A DNA stretch of 64,000 bases from Balanoglossus misakiensis (Eukaryota; Animalia; Hemichordata): NCBI GenBank assembly GCA_040954595.2, contig CM082584.2, positions 9,629,061 to 9,693,060 on the forward strand. The letters are read 5' to 3'. Shown here piece after piece: positions 15,064-27,463 of the stretch. The notes beneath the pieces are model-generated. The model was not told the origin of the DNA and did not search any database. It was given only the letters and a program-made list of their open reading frames with translations. The stretch's first letter is position 1. Each line of letters opens with the position of its first letter. Made by a program: the position numbers and the translations under genes.

Positions 15064-16791
15064 CTACGTCGTCACACCGGAGAGACGCTTGGCCAAATGC
15101 TTTCGAAAGTTGTTGCCGTTCTCCGCGCCGGGCTGGGATTTGTACCTGGCGTACAAGTCGTTCTTGGCCGCTTCGAACTGAAAGACCCCGTTTTCGATGA
15201 AGCTGGACTTCCTCCGCATCATCATCTGAAACTCCTTGCCCAGGATGATGTCGCGGATGCTCTTGAAGGGGTTGTGGACCGGTTGTCGGAAGTGCGGTCC
15301 GGGCTGGATCTTCCCTTCGTCCGCCAGCCGGATTATGTTCTTCATGTTCGTCTTGATGAACAGCCAGCCCTTCCCGAGCGGACGAGACATGGCCTCCACT
15401 TTCTTTTTCCCCTTCGTGGTGCTTTTGTCCGGCTCCTCGCCTTCCTTCTCCTCGCTGATCGTCGGCACCGCTTCGGAGGCGCGCCTGTTGTTGCCGCCGG
15501 TGCCGGGCGTCCCCCCTCGCTGTTGTGCCACGGTGTTGCGGAGTTTGGTTTTGAGGGAGGACCAGTTGCGGCTGAGTTTCCTGTTGGGACGCCGCAGTCT
15601 CGGACCGCCGTCCTGGTCCTTGCACTGGCTCTCGTCTTCCCCGGCGTTGATCTGCTCCAGCACCCGTTTGAATTCCTGGCTCGATTTCGAGTTGAAGTCC
15701 TTCTTCCGAGTCTGCACGAAGTTCAACTGTTCCTGCACTCGGTGCGTGTCATCGACCTGCTTCATCGCGAGATCGAGAATCGTGTCAATGTTCGGAACGA
15801 TGATGGGCGACGTGGCCGGCCGGACCACCTCGGAATCGCTACCCGACGCTAACCTGGACGACACCGACCCCCGGGGGCTCAGGAAATCGCCGACTGTTGA
15901 GGCTGTGATCGAGTGGCGGCGATTACCTAGCGACGGGAGCGGCTCTGCAGATTCGGCCCCTCCGTGAGCACTTCTAGGCGACAAGACAGACTGGGTCCCA
16001 GTTTTAGACTTTTTGTCCGCTGTGGAGGCAGACGTTCGCGCCGACGACCGGCTACTGACACTGCTCGCTTCCCACTGGTCCTGACCGTTCAACGCAGTTC
16101 CGTTTTTCCCGGACAACGCCGAAACTTTGAGAGGCGAATCAGATTTGGAATCTTCGATAACAGTCGGTGCAGATACCGTACTGTGATTGTCCATGTCAGT
16201 GCGGCTATTATTACGTGGCGTTCGTTGAGATTTGCCGGCACTGCCAGCAAATCTTTTACCGTTTTGATTCAAATGATTGTCTTCATTAACTGTGTCAACC
16301 CACCTGTCTAAAGACTTTTGGCTTTGCGCGTCGCCCTGATCAAGAGCGCTCCGACGTCCCCTGGCAGACCGAGGCGTCGTCGCTAGCGAGTTCCCCGTTG
16401 TCGCTGCGTCTCGCTGTTTGACTGTCCTTATGTTGTCAACTGTTACTCTAGTCGTATGCAAATGATTGGTTCCGAAACTTTGCTTGCTGTAATGATTTGC
16501 TAATTCCCTCTTTGATAGATAGTGTTTACTATTGTTCGACTTGTTGGCGGCCTTCCTGCCAGCGGCGGCTGACAACTCCGAAGTGCCCGGCGCGCCCGCA
16601 CTCCGGTGCCGCCCGCTGTGACTGCGGTAGCCCCCGCCACTCCCACCGCCATCCTGGTGAAAATCATACTCGCGCAGATTCGATATGTAGCAGTCGGTAC
16701 CCGACGGTTTTTCGATGGAGCGCGGTAGCAGCTTCGGCGGGGTCCGAAGCCCCGGATAAACACGGTCTGCCCATCTCTCGGCCATTAACAT
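15064..16791 (-). CDS. Uncharacterised 575-aa intronless ORF; Ser/Arg/Gly-rich disordered body with a basic, helical-looking C-terminal region
   Basis: 1.7-kb open frame, GC-rich relative to flanks, GC3-biased codons, long antisense shadow ORFs typical of real coding sequence. No family recognised; upstream exons cannot be excluded. Confidence 0.75.
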   Translation of the reverse strand: MLMAERWADRVYPGLRTPPKLLPRSIEKPSGTDCYISNLREYDFHQDGGGSGGGYRSHSGRHRSAGAPGTSELSAAAGRKAANKSNNSKHYLSKRELANHYSKQSFGTNHLHTTRVTVDNIRTVKQRDAATTGNSLATTPRSARGRRSALDQGDAQSQKSLDRWVDTVNEDNHLNQNGKRFAGSAGKSQRTPRNNSRTDMDNHSTVSAPTVIEDSKSDSPLKVSALSGKNGTALNGQDQWEASSVSSRSSARTSASTADKKSKTGTQSVLSPRSAHGGAESAEPLPSLGNRRHSITASTVGDFLSPRGSVSSRLASGSDSEVVRPATSPIIVPNIDTILDLAMKQVDDTHRVQEQLNFVQTRKKDFNSKSSQEFKRVLEQINAGEDESQCKDQDGGPRLRRPNRKLSRNWSSLKTKLRNTVAQQRGGTPGTGGNNRRASEAVPTISEEKEGEEPDKSTTKGKKKVEAMSRPLGKGWLFIKTNMKNIIRLADEGKIQPGPHFRQPVHNPFKSIRDIILGKEFQMMMRRKSSFIENGVFQFEAAKNDLYARYKSQPGAENGNNFRKHLAKRLSGVTT

Positions 16792-19039
16792 GTCGGGATA
16801 AGTCCACTAAGTCCCAAGCGAAGCCGACATCACACACTGGCGAGCCCCTGTCGTTGATCTGAACGCTTGCTCGCATATAAAGCCTATTAAATTCCTGCCT
16901 ACCTGGTCGCTTGGCTGTGAGTCAACCTTGCCAACAGAGAAATTTGTTTTGCCCCCACCGAGTAGGTATGTTGACACGAGTCCGCCTATCAATGGTTCAC
17001 CTCCATGTGCGCAATAATAAAAGCCACCGTATATGCGAGTCTATTTGAAGACAAAGATCGTGACAACTTCTATATTTACCACGAGAGTATCCAGCTAGCG
17101 TCCAACTGAATAAAAGGCCGTCCACCTGTTCTTTGAGTCTATCCTGGTCCCGTTATTCAACCGCTTTTCTGCTTCACGTATGTCTTTTTTTCTCCTGTTC
17201 CTCACGTGTCGTTCTGAATGACGAACAGAGCGTATAGGTTTCCACAATCGTGCAATGTCAATCCCCGCTATATTCCGTCTACATCATATCACACCGCGAC
17301 GGAATCGTTTGGATCAAACCATGCATCGGCGAAAGTGTAGGGGTAACAGGTTCCCGAACGACGGAAAGCGATGAGATTGCAATTGGAACAGGTCTCTGAG
17401 TATGCGGGCAGGGCAGTATGTCGTTTCCATGTGACTGTTATTCCGTTCAGAGGAGAAAGTGTCAGAGGCGTAGGATTCTGTTCGGACGCATGCGCCGACT
17501 GGTCCAATCCAATCTCAAACGTGGGAATTAGACGTATGAAAATAAGTGAAGCGCTATGCCTACTATGTTGTCTAATCGTTCAGATGCTGTCGTGTGGTGG
17601 CGCAAATCAGGCAATGCAAGAAGCTACCACATGTCTTGCATTATAATCATGATCATACATGGAAGATCATACCGTACCATAGAGTGCCCTCTCAATTTCA
17701 AGGACCGCACATCTTATGTACCCATATCCATAATCGACAATTTTCGCAGACAAAACATTCAAGTTGATATTGGATTTCGCATTTCAGTACCTATCCAAGA
17801 TGTGGTGTTTTTCACTGACAATGCACACTATTGTAACAAAAGTGACGAAAGCAAGTATGCCGATAGCCGTTAGTGGCGCCATCACCACGGGATATTCAGC
17901 AAACTCAAAAACAAATTTCCTCTTAGAAATTAATCACTATAAACTATACTACAGCTGTAGTATTCTGTATACATAGTATACTACAGCTGGGGCCGTTCGA
18001 TATCTTCAAGCACCGGTGCCCCATCCCAATGTCCTTCCGCCCCTATCACAAACTGTCGTTCAGACGGAGATCACGACATCACGCACCATCGGTGATAAAA
18101 CTAAGCGCCATCCTGCCAATCCCGGAGCAATAAATAAATGACGGATCGCCACAACTAATGAATAAACATACCAATTAGCTGCGACAGTCTTAGCATGACA
18201 CAGCTTGGGCGATGCAATCTCAAGTTTCGTACGCTATAAAAACAACCATGACGCTTTCCCGGAACAAGGAAGCGTGTATGTGCCGTGAATACTTCGAAGA
18301 TGTTGGGACACATTTCCCAAGTGACATAGAAGTAAAACATCTTCTGTCAAGACATTCTCACCATTTTTTTTCTCGACAATTTGGTAAAATAGCAAGTATG
18401 CCGTGCACGTTTTGGCTGAACGTGGCGCACGATCATAAATCTCCTGTTTCACGGGTCTTTTTACGAGCAGTGTATCGCTCTTTCAAAACTGTTTTTTATT
18501 ACACAAGATTGCCTATGGTCAAAGCAGCTGCCGACATGTACAGTGTCTGGAAGTTGTTTAGTTTGATATTCTTTCCGCACGACTTTTGGCCCCTATTCTC
18601 GCACGTCGTCAGGTTTCACTACATTTCTTGCAAGCGCAAATTCACGAATCATCACTGTGGCAATGATGCAAAATATTCTTTGTACTTCACAACATAGGTA
18701 CAAAAGCTGCGGATATCGGGGTCTGACCTTTGCCGTCTCTCGGCAGCTGGGCTTTTGTCTTCCAAACAGGCACAAAGACGTCTAATACACTGCGGACTAC
18801 TACCCGCGCAAGTCTATTAAAACACTTACGAACAAAGGCGCGGTCGGCGCTGACGCGTGACAACATCTCCAACAGCTTGAAAGGGTATAATAGACCCAAC
18901 TTCTGTAATGCCAACTTCAACAGCGAAGTCCGGGCACGACTATTGCTGACATAACTCTCGTTATGCGGGACTACGTCATCACCTTGACGTGCATCACAGC
19001 TGCCCTCTTGTGCACGTGCGATCGCCTTCACGAGACCGA

Positions 19040-19570
19040 CATGTTTGAACATGGCGGTGCCGATACCGGAAGTGAGCTTCCAACCACGGAACAATTTCGG
19101 GATATTTCTCTTTGTTATATTCGACCTTCTTGGTCTGGGATTAATAAAAAAAGACACACATTTTCCCAGCATTAAAAGCGAAGATCTCCATTGGCTCTGG
19201 CCGGTATTCGACTGTCTGTCATTGTTGTTGTTTGAGTTTTTGATTTGATTACTTCCGCGCTATCCGGCGACCTAGAAACCAGGTATCGATTGGCCGGTGA
19301 TCGACTTTACGTCGACCGAGTTTCTTCCGCGCGCACCGTCTTTTCACGGGTACCTCTGATTGGTCAGGCAGTCCACCAATCACCGTGATGAGAAACGCTG
19401 CCGACTACCATTAACGCGAACGACAGACAATGCACTATCAACCTAAAATGGTCCGTCCGATCGAATCACATTCTTTTATAGCGTGAGGGACAAGGACCGA
19501 CCGAAACTTTGTCGTCTGCATTCCATGGATCATTCCGAACTTTTCCATTTCATGAGGAAGTTGGTAAGTC
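19040..19570. promoter_or_regulatory. CpG-rich promoter-like element (YY1-like, ETS, four CCAAT boxes, downstream splice donor)
   Basis: AACATGGCGG ~19048; ACCGGAAGTG 19065-19074; ATTGG/CCAAT at 19190, 19289, 19359, 19376; G|GTAAGT at 19564 (+). Confidence 0.45.
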
Positions 19571-20368
19571 TCTCGCTCCTTCTTTTCGTTCGTTAGATCG
19601 GTTCACAGCAGGTTGCCTAAAATGTCCCTCGCGTATCTATCTCTCCGACGGCGTACGTAACAATTGGAAAGGGAATCGGTATATGTATCGTACTTTCACG
19701 GTGTTTTTTCTCAAGTTCAATTGTTTAATGCATTTTAGTACATGTACAACTTGTAAACATCGTTTTTTGCACTAGAACGCTATCAAAATGAAGTAACAAT
19801 GGGGGAGGCGGGGGGGGGGGGGGCATTTAAGTCCAGTAACTGCATATGTTCATATACGACCCGTCTTTTGTTTCCTAAGAAATAGTCACTGTGGTTGCAA
19901 CCAATCAACCAATTAATTATTATTTATGCAATCAAGCTATTTACTTGTATGTTTCCTTCGATGTTTGAGAGACCACATGCGAAACTTTTCGTTTAAATGT
20001 AAAATCATGAAAACTTTGCAAAAACAATGCACGGGGTGGTAATATTTTGCCGACAGGTGCCTGGATAAGAACGTGGTTCTTGGGAGAGGCGGGTGTTAAA
20101 TGTGAGATAACGCAACGACAAACGCTGTTATGCACAACTCTGGGACCGACTGGCGAGCCTTGGCGAAATGCCCAAAACACGACACCACGATTAACTGTAA
20201 AACCATGATTACAAGCTGAACAAAAGTTTACGAGCAAATTATTTTCTTTTTACACCACCGCTTTCAAATTAAATAATTTGAGTCCGAATCTTTGTGAAGC
20301 ACATGTACTTAATTAACGTACTCTCGTTCAGCGCACATGTCTAAAAAGTGGGAACAAATAATGCGACA

Positions 20369-20444
20369 ATGATGATGATGATGATGATGATTGTGGGTGC
20401 GGCGGCAAAGATGATGACGACGTCGACGACGGTGATGATGATAA
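20369..20444. repeat. Interrupted (GAT)n/(GAC)n trinucleotide repeat
   Basis: Visible tandem units. Confidence 0.8.
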
Positions 20445-23400
20445 TGAGACTCGTGACTTCGCCATGACCGGAATGTTATCGAACTTTGAACAAATGGAAT
20501 ACGGCTTACCAATTGAGTGGTTCGGTCTTCTATTGCAACCGAGAAGATCAGTAATATAAGCAAACAAGGTGATCGAATTCTCCATTATTATAAAAAAAGA
20601 GTACAATTGGTGAATAAAACGTTGTTTGACACCGGGCAACCGCATACAACATTCCCGTCGTATCTCGTGAATAAAAACCCCTTCTCCTTGAAACAATCCT
20701 TTAGAAGTCAACGTATTCGCCCGGTGGCGGGGACTAATCGTCCGTAATTCAATTCCGACTGACGTCATCTTGACGTCAAGAGTCCGCCATAAGCGGTCGG
20801 GAGTAGTTCACGTATACCTTTCAGAGGGTTAAGTCATCGTTTGGACAGGCACCATCCGGGAGATTCAACAGGTGCCAAATAGCAGGGCTGCGTCACCACG
20901 CGACGAGGTGGGGGGGGGGGGTCGTCAACGCGCGCTGGACTCAAATAACTTGGGCTAAATGTTTGTGGCGTACTAAGCGCCGTTGCTTACATAATACATT
21001 GTTGAGAAACTAGACTAAATTTTTCATAAATCTATACAGAGAAGAAAAAAACGAAAATGACACACGGCAGACAAATACTGCAAAAATAACCCTAGAAATT
21101 TAGAATTACTGGGACTTTAAATACCCCTGCCAGAACTTCCTCGCGCTTTGTCATTTCATCATCACATCAAAAGTATTCGGAAGATTGATAATGTGTGCAC
21201 TTTACCTCACAATGAATGCAGCATTCATGGTACCCGAACCGAGACGAATTGCTTCAATTTTGTGGTATTTCCAATCAAGATGAAACCTCTGTTTCATTAG
21301 GTCCCCTTTAATTTTAACGACATCCATTGCTGAAGTTTCCATGACTGTCTACATCAATAGAGATTCAACCTGAATATTCAAATAAATTCAATCCAGATTA
21401 TATGATTATAAAAAACTAATATGGAGATTATCACTACTGGCAGATTGCATGTCTACTAGTCGTCTCTGAAGATGGAGAACATCAAACACCAATCTGGACT
21501 ATCCACGCGTTGTTTCTTGGTCAGGAAAATTAGCGTATTTCCAAATTCCTCCCAAAACTTCAAAAGTACACGTTGACTCACTTGTTTCAGCGTAGGCCGA
21601 TCATCTCAAATATTTCGCAAAAAAATATGTTTGCCTATAAAATATGCATGACTGAAGTTAATAGTTAATTGAATCTTATTCATTGTGACTGTCATTCCAA
21701 AAAATTGATCTGTCAAGCACTGACAATGAAGAACGAATTTTGCTAACGCAAAACAATATTTGTTTTTCTCCATATAAGCTCTATTTTCAATGGTATATTT
21801 ACTCTTAGAAAACAACATCATTTCCAATTTGAAGATCTGAGTTATTAAGTGCCTATATTAAAATGAAAAGGTTCAATTTATCTATTCATTAATTTATTCA
21901 TGGACCAACAGGTGATCCGTTAAAAATACAAAGAGTGAACAGACGAGAAGACTGAAGTAAAGACGAAGCGACCCAGAGAAAACATGTATGAACAAACACA
22001 CAAAACTCGTCAAAAAGACTACATAGTACTGTATCTTCTCTTCCTTGGGTAAACTTTAAAACAATTAACAATTAAAAACAATTAATCGAAGTGGCCCAGA
22101 CGGTAAATTACAAACGTGGAGTGTGGAACATACGTGACGTATCCTTGTGATTGCGCTTAATTGCAAATGACAACACAGAAAGCTCGATAACTTGTGCCGC
22201 GCGGATAAAAGATGGCAAACGCCAGCTTATTACTAATTAGTACTTGATAAGAAAAAAAAAAAAAAACCGATGAGACTTTGCAATTTCACAATTATTTTGC
22301 TGTCTATTCCCACGGCTATCACCACCACAAAAAAACTGTCATTACTGTTTGACATTAATAAGAACAGGCGAATTAGACGGCATTGCGTTCAGATTTCTGT
22401 CGACAAAAGATTCCTTCAAAACACCAGGCTTGGGCTGCCAAGCGAAACCAACCATAGAAGGCTCTGGTGTTTTACGCTATCATACCTAATTGAGTCTTAA
22501 TCAGCAAGCAATCGATAATTGCAATTCTTCTGCCAGACTACCAAATGTCCACAAAGCATTGTTGACACCTCACGTACAGTGTTTCGAGTGTAATTATATT
22601 GCCGAACGAGCTTGCACACAAATTAACGACTCCGTAAAATATCTGATCACCATGAAAGCCCACGTTTTGGGAAAGCCAATACTGGACGTTTCACAGGCCC
22701 GGACAATACTGAGAACTTACACGCACCGTCTCAATGTTTTACCCCGATAAACTCTGATAATTTTCGAAAGCCGCGCGCATTACGGTTACAGAGGGCGCCA
22801 TAACCAAAGCTGCCTGAGCTTTTAAATGCTCACCAAATGTGCCATGAAAAATTCCACTCGGTTTAATGCAATCATTTTTATCAAGGGGTTAATAACCATC
22901 GCTGCAGATTCATTGTCGCTATCAACTAATTAGAACTAACTGGCATGACACTTCAAATAATCTTCTGGTAGTATAAGTACTTCTCTAATAGCTTTAGCAA
23001 GTATTTTCAGTCTAGCGCAGCCTTCCTCTATATTCAGCCTGACTCTATTATGCAAATTGCAATTAATTATGCAAGCTTCGGCCACTCAAACTAAGAACGC
23101 GAATCCCTCCGGCTGTACATGTGATACTATGCCAACAGATATTTAGGCAGACATTTGATATAGTGTATATACACATCAGAATTAATTATTCACGACTTAT
23201 AAGAGTATACAGCGACCTTTTGAAATACGCCACTCTGTCTTGCAACATGTGGGGAATGAATGTCAATGTCCGCGGCGAAGCCGGGCGTAGATAAAAAACA
23301 CACCAACACAATGAAAGTGAAACTTTAGACTGGGATACGGATGCAAGGATGCGTCGTTGGTTGTCTTTTATGTCGCCGATAATCCGACGCTTGTTGGCTG

Positions 23401-26400
23401 GAAGACATGTCGGCTTTGCCACTCAAAGGCGCTAAACGGCAGTGTTCTGCTGAGAAATTGTCGGGAAAAGACGATGGAACGTGTCAATCTCATTGGACCG
23501 CGCTTGACAAGAGGGCAGTTACACTCGCAGAGAAAAGAAACTCTGCGCATGCCCCTCAGCGCCTACTAACAAAAAAAATCACAAAACCTATTCCACACAC
23601 ATCTCGAATAACACGGCGAATCTACCCCAGGACACTCCATAGAAATGTCGGCTGCATTTGATGGTTAACGAATCGCCTTTACCCCATTTTTTCTGAACGA
23701 GAATCTTGATGCAGATGTATATGTTAGAATGGATGTCGATTGAGAGGTAAAGACGTGGCGGTAAAGACGACATCATCTGCTTTTGTGATGTAGATAAATG
23801 CGCCAATTTTGACCTTGGGAACGACCATGTACTTCCAAACTGAGAAATGTTTTGTTTTGCCAAATTTCAACAGAAAATTGAAAATACCCAGAGATGAGAT
23901 AGTCAGTCCAAACAGAAGGGGGCTGTTACGTCATCGGAAGCAGTCTTCCCATAATGCCCTCTGTGTAGGCCTAATCGAATTTCGTCTTTGAACATATTTT
24001 GTTCCAGCTTGTCCTAAGGAGGGCACGCTATCGAGTCTGTTTACTTTTATGGAATAGAGTTGTAATACACTGGGGAAACAGTCAACACCGACGCTACCTT
24101 GACATTGCAGCTGCAAATGCCCCGCGGTAAAGTGCGCGTTCATCGACCGTGGGATTCCGGTTGCCGTGGCGACAGCATGATCGATTAGGCATGACTTCTT
24201 TTCTCCCCGCGAAGACTTTGACATTGAAACCATTACGCTCAATAAATAACACGTTGAAAGTAAAAGCAAGCTTTGCAAGCTGCGTTGCATGCCCCCCAAT
24301 CGAATTGTGGAAACGCAGTTGGCATTTTCCTGAAAAGCCAAGGTTATTTGGTTATATTTTAAAAGACAGGTCTGCATGACCAACATGAGGTTCAAGGATA
24401 AGGGGTTGTCTCTTTTACAGGTAACGAACACTATTAACAGACAGACAGACTGACTATATATACGGGGACAGACTCAGAACACTGAGGGAGGGCGTGAGTT
24501 GGCTGTGTTCCTATACAAGAAGCGGACATGTTGACTGCAGCTAACCATTGGTTATAAACAAGCGATCAAGATCGATTAAAATCAACATCTCTCCTAGCAA
24601 ATGACGTCACGTGTGTCTTAATGAGCAAATTCCCGCGTCCTTTTTTGAAGAAAAAAATAGGATTTGGACCGCCACGCGATGACATGTGATATTACAGAGT
24701 CTACGCTCTATATCTTATTATCTACCCACCAAGTAGTAACCATGGCAATTCGGGTGTGTCATATATATGCAAGCTGACGCAATCCCTTTCCAAACATCGA
24801 CATCAAGTATAAAACCGACCTAGAAACCGAAATCAATAAATGAGATACAAAGTTGATAATTAACACACACATTTCATAATGATAATCGGCCAACAAAACT
24901 ATCGATAACAAATGACGTTTACGAGTTGTGCTTGATTAATTTCATGCAAAGTTAATGATGACGACCGATCGTGTCAGTTTCGTCATCTCTATGGTGGTAG
25001 TACTCTGGAGGTAGTTGTAGTTAGTTTTACATCGCTGCGTGACTATTAAAACAACTTGAAGTGCACTAGGGATGGTGTTCAACCGCCATCGCTACATTTC
25101 TGCCTGACGTGACGTCAGAACTGTAACAGTGCTATGGTGGAAATAGCAATGGCTGTCGTAATACAGCACTGTGTCACTTCCCTTTCGCTGTTTTAAAACT
25201 AACTGGCCTCCGCCAACGCTTCTCCGGTTTCTTCTCGTTCCCCGTCATTAAATTAATGATACTACGAAAATTGGGTCAATTGGTACGAGGCGCTCGAGTG
25301 CATAACGCGACAAACATGGCTTCCACTCGCAAACGTGAAACGCAAAAACAAACGCAGCCCGCTTGTTTGTTAAAACAGCTTGTTGTACTGTTTACTGGCG
25401 CAGTGACACCATTTACCTTGACCTGTGCTGTAATTTTAGGTCAGTTGCTTAAACAGGTTCCTTGAACTTTAGTAACTGTTGTGCGCATGCGCTGGTTTCA
25501 TCGTACTAGAAGAACAAAGCTATGATACATATATACAATACATGGTACATGTGCATATATATCGACGACCCCCTCTCTCTATCCATCCATCCATGCACAC
25601 CTCAGCTTATATTAGACAAAGACAAAAGACGCACGATAAAATCGAATCGGAACACACGAAGAAGACAGGGCGCGTACAAACGCGGCTATCGACATGGCAA
25701 CTGGCCAGTTAAAACCGCTTTGAAGTTCAAGTCCATGAATCCCACGCTGATAGGCTGCGAGAGTTGAATTTCAAATGATGTTGATAAAATTAAATGTCAA
25801 ATGAGTTGCCGTTGAGGAGAGAGGAGGAAAAACGGTACACTTTCTTTGACTTTCGTTAACAAAGTTTACATTCACTACTCAGTGCCTGAGGCTAACGCGA
25901 CGTCGGAGACTACCAACACACACTGAAGAAACCGAATAATATTGTCATAAACCATGATGTCATTTGGCTTTTGTTGCTTGCTTTTGATCTTGCCTCACCA
26001 TGCATCAAATTATTCATGGGTACCCCAGCTTTCGTTTTCATCGTTTTCGCTTGTTTCCCATTGGTGTGGGCATGGAAACTGTCGCAATATAAATGTTCAC
26101 CTTTTTTGCGTTCTGTCGTGCGCGCGACGCAGTCCTTATAAATAGTACACTGTCTTGTTTTGGTTTTGCCTCGCAGCACGTGCTGGAGTGGAGGTTAATC
26201 GCGTTTTCTTAGCTATGATGGATTCCAAATTTCGCTTCAGGTCGCTATAGCCTCGCACTGTTTTTAACCATCAGTAATACATTTGCTGTTGCCTTATGCA
26301 ACGTGGCTATGACCCCCTTTGATCAGTTTGAGTGACTTGTTGATTCGCCAATCGGCGTCGAGGTGGGCGTGTCAGTTACCTCAGTTGACCCCGCGCACCC

Positions 26401-27340
26401 TGCATACTCAGTCAACACGACCATGCAAGCTATTCTATAACGTCAATTCCACTTATAATACTCGAATGTCGTAACGTAGAAAACCTGCGTGCCCAACGCT
26501 AACGCTGACTCACACACATAGCGTGGTAAGCCTGAAAGACAGCCTTATGTAAGGCTAACAAAGAACTTGAACCCGCTGTACACCGTGTCTACCTCAAAAC
26601 TCACAAAGAAACGGGTCCTTTTAGTGTGAAACGTGCTTCGGAAAGTTTACGGGTAAGAGGTAAGTGTGATTCCATTATGCAATTGAGCTAGTGCAAAATG
26701 GGCCAAAGAGCATCTGAGGCCATGGCCAGAACGAAATGAGGACAACTTGACACTATATCTGGCACGAGAATAGCGCGTCGATTTCGTTCTTGAAATATCA
26801 CATAGTGGGGTGGATTGTACTCTTCCCGACCCACCGCGTTGTACTGGGCATGTTTGGAGGACTGTAGGGGGCCAAACTTGGACGTAAATGTGGAACTAGA
26901 CCCGAGCAAAGAGCTTCGGGGCCGCTCCACTCCCCGCTAAAGTGACATGGTCGTGCGTTGTCGTGGTGTCGAACCGCACAACAATGAAACTCTACCCGCG
27001 GCCCGTTCCATTCGTTCGAACTGCACTGCCGCTTCTAGTTTGGTCGGCAAAAATTCAAACTTCTCATTCAGAAAGTCGATTGTTTCGATGGTATGAATAG
27101 GGTCGATAATGGTGATATTTTGGGTTGAATGAAACTGACCCGAACACAGATGTGTACGATAGAGTTGTTGTTTTTTTCCACATCAAAGCGTTGTCACGTA
27201 GCGCCGATTGAAATTGACCCGAACAGGATATTGACAAACGACGCAGGAATTTTAACCTTGACGCAGTGTTCATTTCAAATACCATTGGCACGGTAATGAT
27301 CGCTCTGATATTACATTATGAAATAAAACTGAGCCGCTCG

Positions 27341-27385
27341 TATATATAAATATATATATATAGGCCCCTATATATATATATATAT

Positions 27386-27443
<58 letters not shown>

Positions 27444-27463
27444 CTAATATATATATATTATAT
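27341..27463. repeat. Compound (TA)n(TG)n(TA)n microsatellite
   Basis: (TG)n at ~27386-27438 flanked by TA runs. Confidence 0.9.

Noticed and set aside
14834-15967. Long overlapping ORFs (263, 279 and 243 aa) in other frames
   Set aside because: Shadow frames of the GC-rich 575-aa gene; no independent motifs
20309-20563. His/Arg-rich ORF
   Set aside because: Translation of a GAT/GAC microsatellite
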